A stretch of DNA of 64,000 nt. Source: Bryobacteraceae bacterium. Its GTDB lineage: Bacteria > Acidobacteriota > Terriglobia > Bryobacterales > Bryobacteraceae. Position 1 is the stretch's first letter. Each line of letters begins with the position of its first letter. The position numbers were made by a program, and so were the translations under genes. A model generated the notes under the pieces. That model worked only from the letters and a program-made list of their open reading frames with translations, had not been told where the DNA came from and made no database searches. The stretch is from NCBI GenBank assembly GCA_035502635.1, contig DATJUG010000064.1, positions 29,783 through 93,782 on the forward strand, in the 5' to 3' direction. Below, one piece after another: positions 63,572 to 64,000 of the stretch.

Positions 63572-64000
63572 TCACCACTGCGGGATTAAATGTGTTCGCT
63601 CGTAATCGTCCAGTTTGGCGATAAAATCCGCCCACAAGCGGCCCGAATCGATGCTCGTGACCCACGTTATCGTCTTCCCGGTCTTGACCTGCTCGAACGA
63701 CAGGTCGTCTGCCAAATGCGGGCGGGGAATCGTCTTCTGCGTCGTCATGCCTTGCTCGTATGCGAGCGTCACGATGTCCCAAATCACCCACGGCTTCGAA
63801 AAATCGTCGACCCGCAACGGCTTCACAAACCGGAAATACCAGGCCTGATACTCCTGCCAAAGCCAGGCACCCACCGGGCCATGACCGCTGATCAGCTTTT
63901 TCGCGCCCTCGAACGATAGCGCAAGGTCTCGCTGGCAGACATCGGCGGACCCGATGGTTACTGGCGCATCGGAATCCAGAATCACTTGCCAGGCTTTGGG
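63572..64000 (-). CDS. Hypothetical protein, C-terminal part (N-terminus beyond the right window edge)
   Basis: The minus-strand frame is open from the window edge (PKAWQVILDSDAPVTIG...) to the stop at 63572-63574. There is a weak resemblance to nucleoside-hydrolase-like proteins, but it is not convincing. Confidence 0.5.
   Translation of the reverse strand, partial: PKAWQVILDSDAPVTIGSADVCQRDLALSFEGAKKLISGHGPVGAWLWQEYQAWYFRFVKPLRVDDFSKPWVIWDIVTLAYEQGMTTQKTIPRPHLADDLSFEQVKTGKTITWVTSIDSGRLWADFIAKLDDYERTHLIPQW

Overview
This is a 64-kb chromosomal segment of roughly 58-60 % G+C with dense coding on both strands. The gene content points to an Acidobacteriota (Terriglobia-like) genome, which is an inference from three features: an ADOP duplicated permease, a CarboxypepD_reg-type TonB-dependent receptor, and many Sec/Tat-exported hydrolases. 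I saw no rRNA, no complete tRNA, no CRISPR array and no transposase or integrase.

From about 15 kb to 64 kb the window is mostly recognisable housekeeping and metabolic genes:
- rsmI, hemH, pyk, uppP, ftsK and guaB.
- A lon / HtrA-like / clpB proteostasis run.
- glcEF, an RCK K+ channel, and a DsbA-like / response-regulator-TrxR-like / cNMP-histidine-kinase module.
- vapBC, a Tat-exported oxalate-decarboxylase-like bicupin with an outer-membrane channel, and the ADOP permease.

The unusual part is the first ~15 kb. A 2,939-aa ORF (237-9056) has no motif I can recognise and starts 2 nt after an upstream gene that the window edge cuts off. It is translationally coupled (ATGGTAA overlap) to a strikingly AT-rich, signal-peptide-bearing DNase I-like nuclease. 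Downstream follow a secreted FGE/SUMF1-fold protein that lacks the catalytic Cys pair, a 662-aa secreted protein, an orphan single-ring ClpB-D2-like AAA+ ATPase, and a membrane-anchored degenerate MPN/JAB-like protein. I regard this as the best candidate for an undescribed multi-component system (delivery, extracellular or conflict). I cannot assign it to any known system from sequence alone, and its 5' part lies outside the window.

Smaller oddities:
- The conserved RsmI N-terminus is out of frame with its ATG.
- The K+ channel filter reads TVGYQE.
- The TrxR-like domain lacks CxxC.
- The vapB frame reads 89 nt into vapC.
- An orphan tRNA 3'-half-like fragment sits next to the TA pair.
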